Shown here one piece after another: positions 13,062 through 26,004 of a stretch of DNA of 64,000 nucleotides. The translations under genes and the position numbers were made by a program. The first letter of the stretch is position 1. The number at the start of each line of letters is the position of its first letter. The notes under the pieces are model-generated. The model was not told where the DNA came from. It searched no databases and saw only the letters and a program-made list of their open reading frames with translations. The stretch is from Lophium mytilinum (taxonomy: Eukaryota): the NCBI GenBank assembly GCA_010093605.1, contig MU004184.1, forward strand, positions 1,746,801-1,810,800, in the 5' to 3' direction.

Positions 13062-13429
13062 ACTAATACAGTTGCTTCTATCTCCATCGAGACCCCTTCA
13101 TTGTATTGCCATAATCCACCGAGCAACTACTCTTATGCCTCGCTCCCCCAGCTACAGTACTAGGCCACAAGTCTGACCACACAGACTCATTACATCTCGG
13201 CTCCAGCATGCTCACTCGACACCACTCTTCGGGGTAGCCTGGCTGCTGTGCAGCTAGTTAGTCAAAAGGCAGTATAATCTGCACTGCTGGATGCTTGATA
13301 TCGGCTTTCGGTCTTCGAGATCCTGTAGGGGTGCCCCAAGCAGTGGTGAACCAGTGCGCACAGACTTGTGGCCTGTCACTGTATCACACTTGCCACTCCG
13401 CAACTCAAAGCTTATGTGTCTTGCTCTCT

Positions 13430-13782
13430 TCACCTTCCCCCCCTTTTTGCCTGTTCTCTCTCCAAGTCAGCCGCTTCTTTCTCCCTCGCCTCCTTCTTTT
13501 CTAGCTTGGCCTTATCCGTCCATTCAACGGCATGATCGTTCCACGGCTCATCAAAGTGCTTGTTCCACATGTGATTCGTCAGGCCTCCGATTACAAGGAA
13601 CACGCTGCAGGGCGAACAGCCGTTGTGCGATGTCTCATCCATGTGGGCTGAGCGTTTGCTTGCAGAGTTCGAGGAGAAGGGGCATTCGGGACATTGGTTT
13701 GGGTTGAACTGATGGGTCAGTGGTGGCTGAGAGCTGAGGGGAAGGGGACGGATAGCCTTACGTTAGTGGAGGGTGGAGGCAT
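13430..13782 (-). CDS. Small protein (~99 aa) with two C2H2-type zinc fingers, 2 exons
   Basis: Exon 1 13782-13762 (MPPPSTN), 53-nt GTAAGG...CTGAC...CAG intron, exon 2 FNPNQCPECPFSSNSASKRSAHMDETSHNGCSPCSVFLVIGGLTNHMWNKH followed by a charged tail. Confidence 0.65.
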
Positions 13783-14440
13783 GGTGACAGAGGGGGTTTG
13801 AGGTTATGGGAATGATGCTGACTTTATAGGTAAGTAGAGGATGATAGCGAGATCGTGTTGAGGATGATATTGATGGTGTGAGGGAGATGGAATAATCAGT
13901 TTAAGGAATGGAGGCTGGGAATGGGTAGTATCGAGAATCCAACAGCTTTTGACACGGAGAAGATGAGATGGTTTATCATTTCGAGATGTGTGGCGGTCCG
14001 TGAGAGCTGAAAGGAACGGCTGAGGTGCTGCAGTCAGCTGATTGATGCAGTACCATGCAACACACACGTTTACGTGAGTGACTTGTAGTACAAGAAGTTC
14101 AAGTCCTCTGCCATTATAGGTGTATCATCACAAAGGACCCTAAGTCTGTTTCCGCCTTAGCGCTTGAATAGGCGATGCTTCAGACTACCCTGAGCCGAGG
14201 ATGAGTAGTCTAAGCAGTGGCAGCTCCGCCCAGAGCTCTGGCTCCGTTGCCTTTCTCACTCACTCGCTCATCCCCGGCTCGCCCTCCTAGGGCACTTTTG
14301 ATTACGCCCTTCATATGACGAAGAGAGCTGATACAGCTCCCCACGGAAGCCTCAATTTCTTCCACAATCCTTTGACGTCTTTTTTATTTCTCAACCCCTA
14401 TAACACTCATATTCAGTGGCTGTGTCAGGACTGAACATCT

Positions 14441-15827
14441 ATGAATAAGAATCTCGATCGTACATGGGTCACCGAATCTCCGAATGGAGTACGAAAGGCC
14501 TCCCAGGCTGCAACATCAAGCTCACGAAGGTCACATACAAAGTCCAGGAACGGATGCAAGAGCTGTAAGAGGAAGAGGATAAAGGTAAGCCATACTATAC
14601 ACTAGTCAGTCTATTATGAGACTCACTGCATAGTGCGATGAATCAAGACCAGTTTGCGGACAATGCGCCTACAGAAAGATCAGCTGCGAGTATCTTCAAA
14701 CGGAAACGCCAAACGAGCGATTCGAGACACATTCACTTAGAAGTGAGCTCTCGAGCTCCCGGGAATTTGCCAGGACGAAAATACTGGAGTTCATGAAAGA
14801 GAATGACGTGCCATGCGACCAACTCGCCAACCCAAAGTACCAACGAATCGATGCGGCGGAGCTTCTAGACCACTGGTTTGACACAGACTACCCTTGGATC
14901 GGGACAACAGAGGTGCAGAATACTATGCAGAAGCATGGCTTTAACATTGGCTTAGGCGCACCTTATGTACTGCATGGTATACTTGCTTTCGCGGCGTGTC
15001 ATCTCAACTACCTCCGCCCTGGGCACTTGAAGTACGAGATTGCATCAACGATACATTACAACAGCTCCCTAGCATTATATTCGAATCAGATCTCGCTTCA
15101 TGTTGGGGCGGATAATGCAGATCAACTATTTGGGACTTGGTTTCTCCTCGGACCAATGACGTTTTGGAATCTATCCAGGCCAGCGGACCAGCTTTTGCTT
15201 GAGAGCCGTGGCAATATCACAACTTATTCCATAGAGCCGGCCGCGAAAGATACGAAGAATGCTATTGGTCATGGCCATTTCACTTGGTTACGAGCACTAC
15301 AGGGAACTAGAATCCTTCAAGACGATCCCGCTATCCAAACCCATCTCAAGGACAGCATTTGGGCGCCCACATTCCTCGAGGCTAGAGCATGGGAAGCTGA
15401 TATAGACATGAGCAACGGCTCTCAAATCAAGTCGGATACATACCTTATTCTGACTGCACTGAAAGAATTGTGCGATTTTCGAGTCGATTCTTATTCGACA
15501 GACAATCCATATCAGCATCCAATTCGACGGCTGAGTCGACTCTTCGCTACAAAGCCGCATCGTGACATGGTTGGGTGGTATATGGTATGGGTCGGAAAGC
15601 TATCTCCGGAGTATCTGGATCTTCTGGAGGAGAGTGATTCCAAAGCTCTACTCATTCTTGCTTACTGGTGCGCCTTGATTCTGCGAATTGACATTTGGTG
15701 GATCACTCGATCGGCAAAGCAGAAGTGCACGGAAATCTGCACATATTTGGACCAATCTGCAGAGCCGGGAGTTCGAGGCCTGTTAGAGTTTCCGGCCAGC
15801 GCTTGTGGCTACAGGCTTGAAAGTTGA
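14441..15827 (+). CDS. Zn(II)2Cys6 transcription factor (Upc2/Ecm22-like architecture), 2 exons
   Basis: RRSHTKSRNGCKSCKRKRIK|CDESRPVCGQCAYRKISCEY binuclear cluster across an intron ~14585-14633; PYVLHGILAFAACHL and ALLILAYW regulatory-domain motifs. Confidence 0.92.
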
Positions 15828-15955
15828 ATGCCCTCCAACAGGGCTGGGTTGTTTACTTGAGAAGAAAAGCTGATTTTTCACTATATCAAAGGAATACATG
15901 AAAGCTACTCGCAGCATAGACGTACAAAGCTATTGCGCCTAGAACCGCTATGAAA

Positions 15956-16952
15956 TTAGAAGAAGATACTGTTCGCGACCGACTCTTTGGTGTGTTCCTT
16001 CAAGAAAGCATCCACGTTCTTCGGCTCTATCATCGAATAGCGCTCGTTATCCAACGGGCCCAAAGAAGTCTTGCCACTAAGCATGACAAGCTGATAAAAC
16101 AACCCCATCCAAGCATAAGGGTTGCCAGGATCCGCCTCGAACGCCGCCTTCTTAGCGATATCAAGCTCGTCAAGAGTGCCTTTATTCTCAACCGTGGGTG
16201 TCATGCCGTAGACATCGCCATACAGCTTCGCCAGCTCTTTAACAGACTTCTTGTCACCCAAAACTAAAGAAAGCGAAGTCAGTCAAATCTCCCCAAACGC
16301 TACTCCACAGATCCAAAAACTCACAATTAAAAAACCCATTCGCACCCCCATCCACAGCAACCCTCGCCGTATACGCCGCCGCATCCGCCATCGTCGTCAC
16401 CTCAATCCCCTCATTCCCCGTGCCCCAAGCAAAGAAAGTATCCTTCCCAACATCCACAAACCCCGTAAAAGCCGCCCAAATAACCTCCATAAACGCTCCA
16501 TTCAAGACATGCACCCCCTTAATCTTCCCCTCTTGCTCTCTCTCCTCAAGGTACGCTTGCACGTGCTTCATAGCATCCTTAGTCGGATGCTCGCCAAACG
16601 CCAGCGGGCGGAAGTCAATCGACCAGTCGGACGCGATGTACCGCGGCACGCGCTCAGCGATGCAGGCGTCGATCAGCAGCTTCTGGCCGGCGACCATGAG
16701 GGCGTCGTCGCCGAGGTAGCAGCAGATGCAGACGGAGGCGCCGCGGAGGGCGTTGCGGAGGGCGGCGGCGTCGGTGGCTGATGCGCTGAAGATCGTGACG
16801 TTTTTGTTATTCTTGATAGAGGCGGGGACTTTCTCTGGGGAGCGGGCGATGCCGTGGATTTGGATGTCTGGGTGTGTGGAGAGGAGGGCGGTGGTGATGA
16901 GGCGGGCCATTTTACCAGTGAAGCCGGCGATGGCGATGGTGGTTGGGGACAT
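15956..16952 (-). CDS. NmrA-like NAD(P)-binding protein, 2 exons
   Basis: IAIAGFTGKMARLI Rossmann start, GQKLLIDACIAERVPRYIASDW, VLNGAFME; intron near 16265-16325. Confidence 0.88.
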
Positions 16953-18168
16953 GGTGATGAGCTGAGGGGTGATTGTGTTGAAAGACTTGAGGGTTTGAGG
17001 CTATGTTCAAGTGCGGAGATTGATGGTTTGTTGAAACGAGTAGTGCTCACTTCGGGCTTTACGAGCACTCTTATATACATGTGGCACTCTTGCTTCGCCG
17101 TCCTTTTATCGGATCCAAACGCAGGGGAACTCATCGCATGATGTTTGTCAGCTCGGCTTAAGTCTTACATCGAATCCCCGAAAGCGCGATGGATTCATAA
17201 CGTCGAGTCTGTTAGTTGAAGAATTGGAAATAGATGGATTCGAAAATAGTCATCTCTAGACGAGTACGTTCCAGGTTGGGTTTAGCGGGCTTAGCTTGCC
17301 ACTTGCTCAGAAGAAAGCGGTGCCGAATACGTTCCAGAACAAGAATAGTGGCTGATTTGATCCCAAGAGCAAGCTGTCACGCTAAGCATGAAAGAAGTGG
17401 CACACTACAGCAGTTCAACACTGTCTGAGGTGGCCCAAAGAGGTATCAGGCTTGCCAGAGCTGGTTTTTTGTGAATAGCAATAGCATGCTGGAGGGCCTC
17501 AAGCAGTGCTAAACAAGCGTATATAGAAAAAGGAGAGACAGCGTAAATGGGAAATGGAGAGAGCGTATATACCTTACAGATCTATACTGTAGACTGCCAC
17601 TCTCTATTAATACTTGATTACCACGCTGCTTTCTTAGATGCACTTGTTTACTACTGTTTGAAGTGCGTTAATAAGTTTCCACAGACCCTAAATGGAAGAT
17701 TTCTATCCTGTTTGAAATTCCGAAAATACATTGAAGCACTCCAAGCAACGGCACACACCTGTAGAATAGAGTGCCACCTTTTTTATGCTCCGCGTGCCTC
17801 TCGAGCTTCATGGGGAAACACCTAATTCAAACGAGAAATTGAAAGAGTTCCTTATGAAACGTGTTCGAACACTGTAAAAATGAGGGTAGCAAAACATTTA
17901 TTCTGGAAAAGAGCTTAAATCGAAAAGTCATTGCTATGCAGCTATGCCTATCACACTACCTACTCGCATCCATACAAAATATTCAAGCAAGCGAAACATC
18001 AGCGTTGAATATATGCAGGAGCCCATTGAAAACCACCCAACCACCTTGGACCCCGAGAACTCCCGAAAAGTTCGCAACGCCACGCTATGCAAAATCAAGG
18101 GAATAAGGACCAAGAAAATTTGTACAAACATGAAAGCGCCCAAAACAGCAATCATACTCGATGCGTTA

Positions 18169-19826
18169 CTAGTAGTTCCCACCGCCATGCGCGTTGTGTT
18201 GCTGGTGTTGGTGCTGCTGCATTGGCCAGCTCCCAGAATCCAGTTCTTGGGGCTGCTGGTAGTTGTTTTGGTACTCGCTTGGGGCTTCGAAACGAGTGGA
18301 TCCTGACGGGGCGTAACCATGTGATAACTCCGAAGGAGCTTGTGGAGGAGTATTATAACCGGTGGCGAGCTCTGCGTATGGCTTTGGAGCTGTGTAGTTG
18401 GCGGCTAACTCGGCGTAAGGCTTTGGGGCTGTATAGCTGGTGTCCAGCTCATGGTAAGGCTCTGGTGTTGTGTAATTGTTTCGCTCGTTCTGGTAAGCTG
18501 CTGCTGCTTGTGGTGCTTCGTATGGTTGGTAGGGGCTGTTTACTCGGGTAGGTATTGCCTGTGGCGCATCATAGCCCTGGTGGGCTGCCATTGGACTATT
18601 GACTCTGCCAGGAGCTACTTGTGGCGCGTCATATGCTTGGTGTGTTGCCAAAGGGCTGTTGACCCGGCCAGGCGCGAATTGAGGTGCATCATACGCTTGG
18701 TTGGGAGCCAGAGGGCTATTAATTCGGCCAATTGCGGGCGATGGAGGACCATATCCACGAGTTTGTGTTGGTGATCGTTCGTTATTGAAGTTCGCTGCTC
18801 CGCCCATTACTGGTCTCGGGGAGTTCCGTCCAAATTCATTGTTCTGTGCAGGTCTTGGAGAATTGCGCCCGAATTCATTGTTCTGTCCGCCTGGTCGTGG
18901 AGAACCCCGTCCATATTCCTGACCTTGACCACCCAGTCCTGGAGAACCACGCCCATATTGATGATTCGGGCCATAACCTCCTGGTGAGCCCGGTGCGGGA
19001 GAGTTAAGTCGATTTCTAAATCCGGGTTGCTGATTGCCGTACGGATCCACGACCCCATTTTGCTGCCCAGAACGGAACGAGCCCTGACTCCTCACGCTAG
19101 GTTGCGAGGGCCGGCCTGCAAATCCACCATACTGCTGGGAGGGTGGAGAGTAAGCCGATTCAGCGTGGTAAGGCGAATGAGGTACAGGCGATCTCCCCGG
19201 AGACCGTAGAGGCGTACCAGCAGCTCCAGCTAGCATAGAATCCGAAGCACCTGCTTTGTGCTCCAGGTTGTGTAACTCTACATCTCCTGGCTTCTCGGGA
19301 ATAATCTCCTCTTCGACCTTCCTGCTTGTCGCGTCTCCCCAGCTCGGCATTGGAGGTAGAGCATCTTCATTGATCGGTTTGCTCGAGCTCTCAAATGTAG
19401 CGTATTGTGGTTTTTCGAATGCGGGCGTGTTATGTGCTCGATACTGGGAATTCATGGGCGTAGAAGGGAACGCTGGTTGGTATCCTCCAGGTAATGGCGG
19501 CGGCGCAGAGGTAGAATCTATTTTCTTATGTCCTTTTCGACCACCCCCACCACAGCAGCCCCCGCAACACCGAAAGCAGCAGCAGGCGCACTCCGCTCCA
19601 CAGCATATACACCTAGCAAGACAGAAGAGGACTGAGATGAGGACGAGGGAGACTATGATTATAGCTGCAATGACGGGCCATCTGTTCCAAAGTGGTCAGT
19701 CATGCGGGCGTCTTGCCTCAGGAATTGGACTACGAACTTGCAGTATGTTTTGGCCATGCACTTGTCCCATGAAGTGAAGGTGGCCTTGACGTCGGCAACA
19801 TCGCGTTGCCAAATGAGAGTCGCCAT
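18169..19826 (-). CDS. Pin2-like single-pass membrane protein with Cys-rich juxtamembrane segment and repeat-rich low-complexity tail
   Basis: TFTSWDKCMAKTYC|KWPVIAAIIIVSLVLISVLFCLARCICCGAECACCCFRCCGGCC; the SWDxCM..C block resembles yeast Pin2 as I recall it; intron ~19682-19736. Confidence 0.8.
18345..18960 (-). repeat. Coding tandem repeats: GR[NG]SP-type units, ~4 x 60-bp (GRVNSPLAxxQxYDAPQxAP) and ~3-4 x 39-bp (YTAPKPYAELAxx)
   Basis: Visible in translation; sequence lines 18541, 18601 and 18661 align vertically (60-bp period). Confidence 0.85.
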
Positions 19827-20739
19827 GCTGTGTGTTGCACGAAGTATTCCTAGGAAAGCCCGTATAGCGAAATTGCGCTTCTTATGGTTGCGATATACGG
19901 CGTAGTTGCGTATTAATAAATCAGGAGGCGCAGTAGGCCCCTCGCCCCTCTGGGTATGGAGGTCGCGTAGTCTCGTATGCTGGCGTGCCTAAGCGTGATA
20001 GATGTGAAGACAAAGGGAACAATGAAAGATCAAGGAGAGGAAAAGAGTGTGCGCCGGCTCTTGCACAGCCCGAATGGCGTCAAAGACGGGGTGCTGAGAT
20101 TTCAACCGTCATCGAGATGAGGATGCGCGAGGATTCAATGTGAAACGGGGAGGGGAGACAGGGAGTCCCAGGAGGGTAGGGAGAAGCCACACCCGCCGTC
20201 GCCACACAAGGGGGCCCTGGGCCACGCGTCGATCTAACGGTCACTTCTCGTATTCAGGACGCGAGAACACTTCTATATCTAGGTAGTCACCGAACTACGC
20301 ATCTGTGAATGCCTCCTTCAACTGCTAGGTTAGCACAAGGGTAGCAAGAGTCAACCCTGCCGGTCGTCTTTGTTGCACAAGCTGTCTTTCACAGGCAGTG
20401 CAGGTAAGAGTGGCGTCAAACACTGCCCGTTACGGCACTTCCATGCAGCGCACTAGCCACGAGCTGTTAGCCTGCATACGCCTGTGTGGGGTGCTTCGAC
20501 GCACTATCAAGAACTCGGACAGAAAGTGGAGTATTTCAAGTTCTGAAGATTTCATTCATTCGCTATATACATCGGCTAATCTTCTTCGCCTGATGCTTCA
20601 GTCTGCAGGCTATGTGACTGCAAACGCTCAAAGGAGCTTCAAAGTCCAAAAAAAATGGGTGTGTCTTGCATCTCAGACCGGCGTTCAGAGTCAACGGCTC
20701 TGCTATCCACTAATCTGGCGTCTCGAATGCAGATTCGCT

Positions 20740-22248
20740 TCATAGTCCCTCTCCAACCTCTAAGTCATCGAAGAATCTCTTCTTCTCGATGACTCCATGC
20801 TTCTCCAGCTGCACTAGCAGCTCCAATGGGTCGCTTTGATCCCAAAGGCTGATCTCGTAAAGTCCCTTTCCTGCGGGAATGCCTTCGATAGTCCATATAA
20901 CCTTGGACCCTTGTTGGTGTCGGAGCAGGTTCACGACCTTGAGGAAGTCGAGTACCGCAGGCACGGCGTCTTCTACGGGCTTCTTCTTTCCAAAGAATGC
21001 CCGCTTTGACTTTGAGTTCTGCCTGATGCTCTCAATGTGATGTAGCGTGTCGTAGTACACCTCAGCCGTAAGCCCTAGATCCTGCATCTCTTGGTTGTGA
21101 GAAGGCCAGATAGGATCTGTGAAAGCGAAGCGGACTAGGCGTAGCCGGGAGCCGATTTCCACATTCCGGCGTGCTTCTAGGACACGGTTATGTTCGTAGA
21201 CCTTTCTGTTGATTTTGGATTGCAATGTTTTCGAGAAGCTACTTGGCGTCTCGGTGGGTAGCTTGTTGGCAGTGTAGCCGTTTTGCTGGACGTATTCCAT
21301 GTGTCCATTGGCATTGGCGTCTCCTTGTTTAGCGACGACGTATTGTTTATACGTCACTGCATCCGTCTCTCCGAGGATGTTTGCTTGAATCACCGATCGG
21401 TAGTATGGGTCGGCTCCATAGCGCTCTGGAAACCGCAGAGCAAGGTCTTCCTTGTGAGGTGGTAGTGGTCGCAGAGGCCAGGGACGGGAGAGTATTGACT
21501 GTTGTGGTATTGCCCAGTATGGGGCGTAGAAAGGAAGACCATCTTCCTGGACTAGATCTTGCTTCTCTATATCATCAAAGTCAAACTCTCGATGAAGTGG
21601 CGTATGCAAGATCTGTATGTACGAGTCCTTGAGTCGGTCTGGCGCGAACATTCCCACGGAGCTCAAAGAGAGCGCCGCTGGGATGCCTCGAGCTCGCCAG
21701 CTGGTGGTGATCTCCGACAGGAGTGTTTTTAGGGCCGAGATAGTCGTGAAGAATTCTTTCTCCGATGTGTACCGAGTTTCCTTGGGAGCGCGGTACAGGA
21801 AGCTTTCCAATGACATGTGTAGTTTCCTGTGGTCGTCGAATGTGATGCCGTGATCGGCTTCGGATGTGCTGTATTCAATGGGTGAACCGAGACTCCACAT
21901 GGTAACATAGTGCGCTCGTCGAATGTTGCAGGGCTCCCGATCAGACACTCCAGGTATCACCATTCCGATCTTGTCCACAAACCGGCGTTCGAGACAGTCT
22001 GAAAGATCACGCGAGGTTCTTGAGGATGTCTCTGATTGAAGTTTTGGATTTTCGAAGTCGTGTATGATTTCTTTGCGCAGACGAGTCACGGACACGTCCT
22101 CTTGGTTTGACTCAGGAAGCACAAGCGAGTCAACCGAGGTGGACGCCTGGCTCATCCTCGATATAGTTGAAGATGACGAGGGAGTACGGCCCGTATAGTT
22201 GGGACGAAAGCGAGAGGATACCTCTGACATAAGGCGAGTCAAAGTCAT
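20740..22248 (-). CDS. Hypothetical protein, ~500 aa
   Basis: Uninterrupted 502-codon ORF with protein-like composition; no family recognised; start uncertain. Confidence 0.75.
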   Translation of the reverse strand: MTLTRLMSEVSSRFRPNYTGRTPSSSSTISRMSQASTSVDSLVLPESNQEDVSVTRLRKEIIHDFENPKLQSETSSRTSRDLSDCLERRFVDKIGMVIPGVSDREPCNIRRAHYVTMWSLGSPIEYSTSEADHGITFDDHRKLHMSLESFLYRAPKETRYTSEKEFFTTISALKTLLSEITTSWRARGIPAALSLSSVGMFAPDRLKDSYIQILHTPLHREFDFDDIEKQDLVQEDGLPFYAPYWAIPQQSILSRPWPLRPLPPHKEDLALRFPERYGADPYYRSVIQANILGETDAVTYKQYVVAKQGDANANGHMEYVQQNGYTANKLPTETPSSFSKTLQSKINRKVYEHNRVLEARRNVEIGSRLRLVRFAFTDPIWPSHNQEMQDLGLTAEVYYDTLHHIESIRQNSKSKRAFFGKKKPVEDAVPAVLDFLKVVNLLRHQQGSKVIWTIEGIPAGKGLYEISLWDQSDPLELLVQLEKHGVIEKKRFFDDLEVGEGL

Positions 22249-23677
22249 TGTAACCGTGGGCCATGTATGTGAATATGAGGAATGTTGAGGATGCTTTCCG
22301 ATCCTAGGACCCGAGATGTTGAACCTGGGGAAGCATTCAAATTATCTTTGCTGAACGCAGAGAGCAACCATTATAATCCTTTGTCAACATGGTCGATTTT
22401 ACGAGTTTGCTTGCAGCTGTCGTGAGTGTACTTGCCGTGGTCGTGATACAGGTCGTGACAGCCTTTGTTTGCTGTCCCAGGAGTTTGGTCGTGGTACTAA
22501 AAGTGAGCTCCGGCTCACGGCGGCAGTTGATTGCCGCCCAGAGAGCTCAGAACGGCACCCAGCGGAGCGATCCGCAACGCGTTGCCCACGCTGCGTGGGG
22601 GGCCAGAGCCCAGATGCCGTTGGGAGCCCTACTGATGGTGTGGCGTCTCGGGACTTGAGATCGGAGACTAGACTCGAGGGCCAAGTCGTCGAGAAGCCAT
22701 AGTGGCACGAAGGCCCTCCGGCAGTCACTAGCAGGCTGTATTCGCAAGTCGCTAAGCCTTACAAGTGCAGACAGGATCGTCGGCAGTCGAGTGCGAGGAC
22801 CTGTGGTGATCGTCGGCAGTGACTTTCACCAGAGAAACGAGTGAGGCTCGAATGCCGGAGTATTGAGGCGTTCAACACACTGTAGCCGCAGCAGTATTTG
22901 GTTCACGAGCTACTACCGGTATTTACATTTCGAACAAGATGTCGCGCCTAAACAAACGGCACAAGCTGAAGTTTGCATGCCGCGTTTTTGAGGCGCTCAG
23001 CACGATATAGCAACTGCAACATTCTAGTTCAGAGCAACTACCGGTAGAGTATGCTGAAGAGCTGACTGTACTTTGATAGAAATGGCACAATGAGACTAAT
23101 AGAATTTTTGAAGCCGAAGGATAACCTGAGTAACAAAGAAATCCGTGAACAGAAAGAGGTTGCTCACGTGACGTTGCAGTCTCGTTGTACGCTTGTCTGC
23201 AACTACCGGTAGCCACATGTTTGAGTGAGGCTGCATAGTGGTAAAAGCGGCACGTGGAGGTTGATGAATCTTTTCAAGTTGAAGGATGCGCTTAGAAGGA
23301 CTCGTAGAAAAGAGAGAATAGTATGCTCCAAATTGAGGGTTGACCTCGATCACAAGAACGTTTTAGACAGATTTAGATCATGGTCTCAAGAAATATAGGG
23401 ACATGTAGTCAGAGTTGTGCTCTTGTGTACTTCGCAAACAAATTGTGGTTATGCGGAGAAGACTTGCGGAGACAGTCGCGGAGTCGACTTGCGGAGTGGC
23501 GGGGTGGAATGGCGCAACAGATCAGCGGAGAGGAATTGGAGGGGAGGAGCGGAAAGAAAAGAAGGCTAGCGTGCAACGAGCTACCTGCCTGGGCCTTTTA
23601 TTAAGATAATCGTTGGTCGGTTTTGAACTGAAAAGGGGCTAGCTGTCATACTTTTACCGTTTCGCCCTGCCCTCTTA

Positions 23678-24170
23678 CTATTGCGTCAGTGACATCGCAA
23701 ACAAGCAAGTTCCATCTTCGAGCTCAGCAATCTCAAAGGTCCACGTTCCCGTCCGCAGGAACATACCCGGAATCCAGTAGTCGACTAGGATATCGTTACT
23801 ACCGCTGCTGCTTAAATGCTCCACGTATGCAGTGGCATTGCGGATCGAGAGGTGAGCCGGACCAAATGCTGTAGTGCGTAGGGGTACAGTGTAGCTCCTT
23901 TTGTCCTCATGATCACCATCACCATTTGACAGGTTGGCGGAGCTGGCTATAGTAAGGGTCGTGCTGGTGAGGGGCTTTTCAAGATGCGCCGGGTCTTTGG
24001 TCTTAGACGGAGGGATCTCGCCCCGGACGAGCGTGAAGAAGTTCAGTCTTGAAAAGTTAAGAGGCCTTAGGTACTGGGCCGTAAGTAGTATCATTATGGC
24101 CGGGAATTTTAAGCGTGCCCTCTGGTTCGGTCATGATTTCGATCTGGGCTACAAGCCTGACAGGCTTCTG
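23678..24170 (-). pseudogene. Probable pseudogene, possibly ML (MD-2/NPC2)-like lipid-binding family
   Basis: One frame reads MTEPEGTLKIPGHNDTTYGPVPKAS*LFKTE (TAA at 24057-24059); a second frame continues FFTLVRGEIPPSK...YWIPGMFLRTGTWTF...LEDGTCLFAMSLTQ; family link is by recollection only. Confidence 0.4.
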
Positions 24171-24957
24171 GTGGGTGGTCGAGCTGAGGGAAAGGAGATC
24201 AGTTCTAACCAAATTGGTGATAGACGTATATTCTATGCTAGCCTCGTCTCTTGGTCATCTGCGGTAGTATTCCGCGCAGGTTGTAGTCCAAAACACCAAT
24301 CACCCATTCGTGAATAGAGCAGCTTACAAAGTGGATTTAATCCTGCACCAGAACGGCGATAGGACATAGAAAGGAATATGAAGGGAGTCTGTGTACGAGC
24401 GGATATGTCCAATCTCGGACGGACATTCGGACATGGTTACATAGCCGAGCGCAAAGTGCTACTCTACTTCAGCCTCCTGCCACCTCTCCGTCCGACCTAC
24501 TTCGTACATCAACATTTCGCGACACTTTTCGTCCGCTCTGCTCGGACTACTGGCCAGACTATTTGCCCGAGCTGATCGGGCTGCATATTCGTCCTTAGTT
24601 ATCCGGGTTTGCTGGGCCAATAGCAATGTCAATGCAACGTCTTAGCTGTGTTTTCCTGCTTGCAATGCTACACAATGCCTCGGATGCTTCTAATCACCTA
24701 TCGCTGAGGCTTGATCTGGTTAGCTAGCTGAAGTGTGGACTTGGCTTGATTTCTAAGGGTACGGTGAAATCACGACAGAGCTATTGCGACAGAAGCGCAG
24801 ACCGACGGCGTAAAGGACGTAGAGGACCTATCCCTGTAGTCCAGAATTATATAAGGCGGAGGGGTCTCTGGTAAACCCAATCATCTCATCTTCATTCGCA
24901 TCAATCCTCCATCAAATAATCTACTACACACAGTGCCTTCTCTTCTGAATTTCAAAC

Positions 24958-26004
24958 ATGTCTTCAATCAAGAACGTGATCCTCATTGGGGTAAGTTATT
25001 GCTCTTCTGATCCCATTTCCCACTCTCACACTCCCTATCATCGCGACGATACTTTCAGATCACAATTAACTCCATTGCCTAGGCTGGTGGTAATCTTGGA
25101 CCGGCCATTCTCGAGCAACTCATTGCTTCGTCATTTAACATCACAGTTCTCTCCCGCAAGGAATCAACGTCTACATTTCCTTCGGGAGTCAAAGTGATCA
25201 AGGCCGACTACTCTGATGTCTCTGCGTTGGTCGCAGCTTTCAAAGGACAAGATGCCGTCGTTGCTACTCTGGCGGCCCCAGCCCTTGGAGACCAACCCAA
25301 GTTCATTGACGCCGCTATCGCCGCTGGCGTGAAGCGATTCATTCCCAGCGAGTTCGGCAGCGACACTGCAAGTGCCGCTCTTAGAAAAGCCGTCCCAGCT
25401 TTCGAAGGCAAGAAGGCCATTGTCGATTATCTCAAGACCAAGGAGAAGGAGATTTCTTGGAGCGCTGTCATTACCGGAGCGTTCTTTGACTGGGTAAGTG
25501 CCTTTGTTTCCTTTAACTGAGTACTCTCGAATTCAACAAGCTGACAAACATATTCAGGGAGTCAAGGTTGGCTTTCTTGGTCCCAACCTTCAGACCAAGA
25601 CTGCCGACGTGATCGACAACGGCACTGCGCCCTTCACCGCCACTAACCTGGCTACTATTGGCAAGGCAGTCGTGTCGATCCTCCAGCACGAAGCAGAAAC
25701 CAAGAACCAATACGTCTACATCTCATCCTTCAACACTTCCCAGGCTGAAGTCGTTTCTCTGGTCGAGAAGCTGTCTGGGGACAAGTACCCGACGACAAAC
25801 TCAAAGTCGTCTGACTTGTACGCAGAGGGCGCCAAGAAGCGCGCAGCCGGTGACCACTCCGGCACTTACGACCAGATCAAGGCTGCATTGGCCGGAGAAG
25901 GAGGTTTGGGTGATCACGCAGCTGCTGGCCTCTGGAACGACAGGCTTGGCTTGGAGAAGGAGGATGCTGAGACGACTATCAAGAAGATTCTTGGAAAGGC
26001 GTAG
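24958..26004 (+). CDS. NmrA-like / isoflavone reductase family protein, 3 exons
   Basis: MSSIKNVILIG|AGGNLGPAIL, FKGQDAVV, IDAAIAAGVKRFIPSEFG, ITGAFFDW|G; TATA-like TATATAA at ~24848. Confidence 0.93.

Noticed and set aside
11700..17000. Possible secondary-metabolite cluster (esterase, TF, NmrA)
   Set aside because: No PKS, NRPS, terpene synthase or other backbone gene in the window
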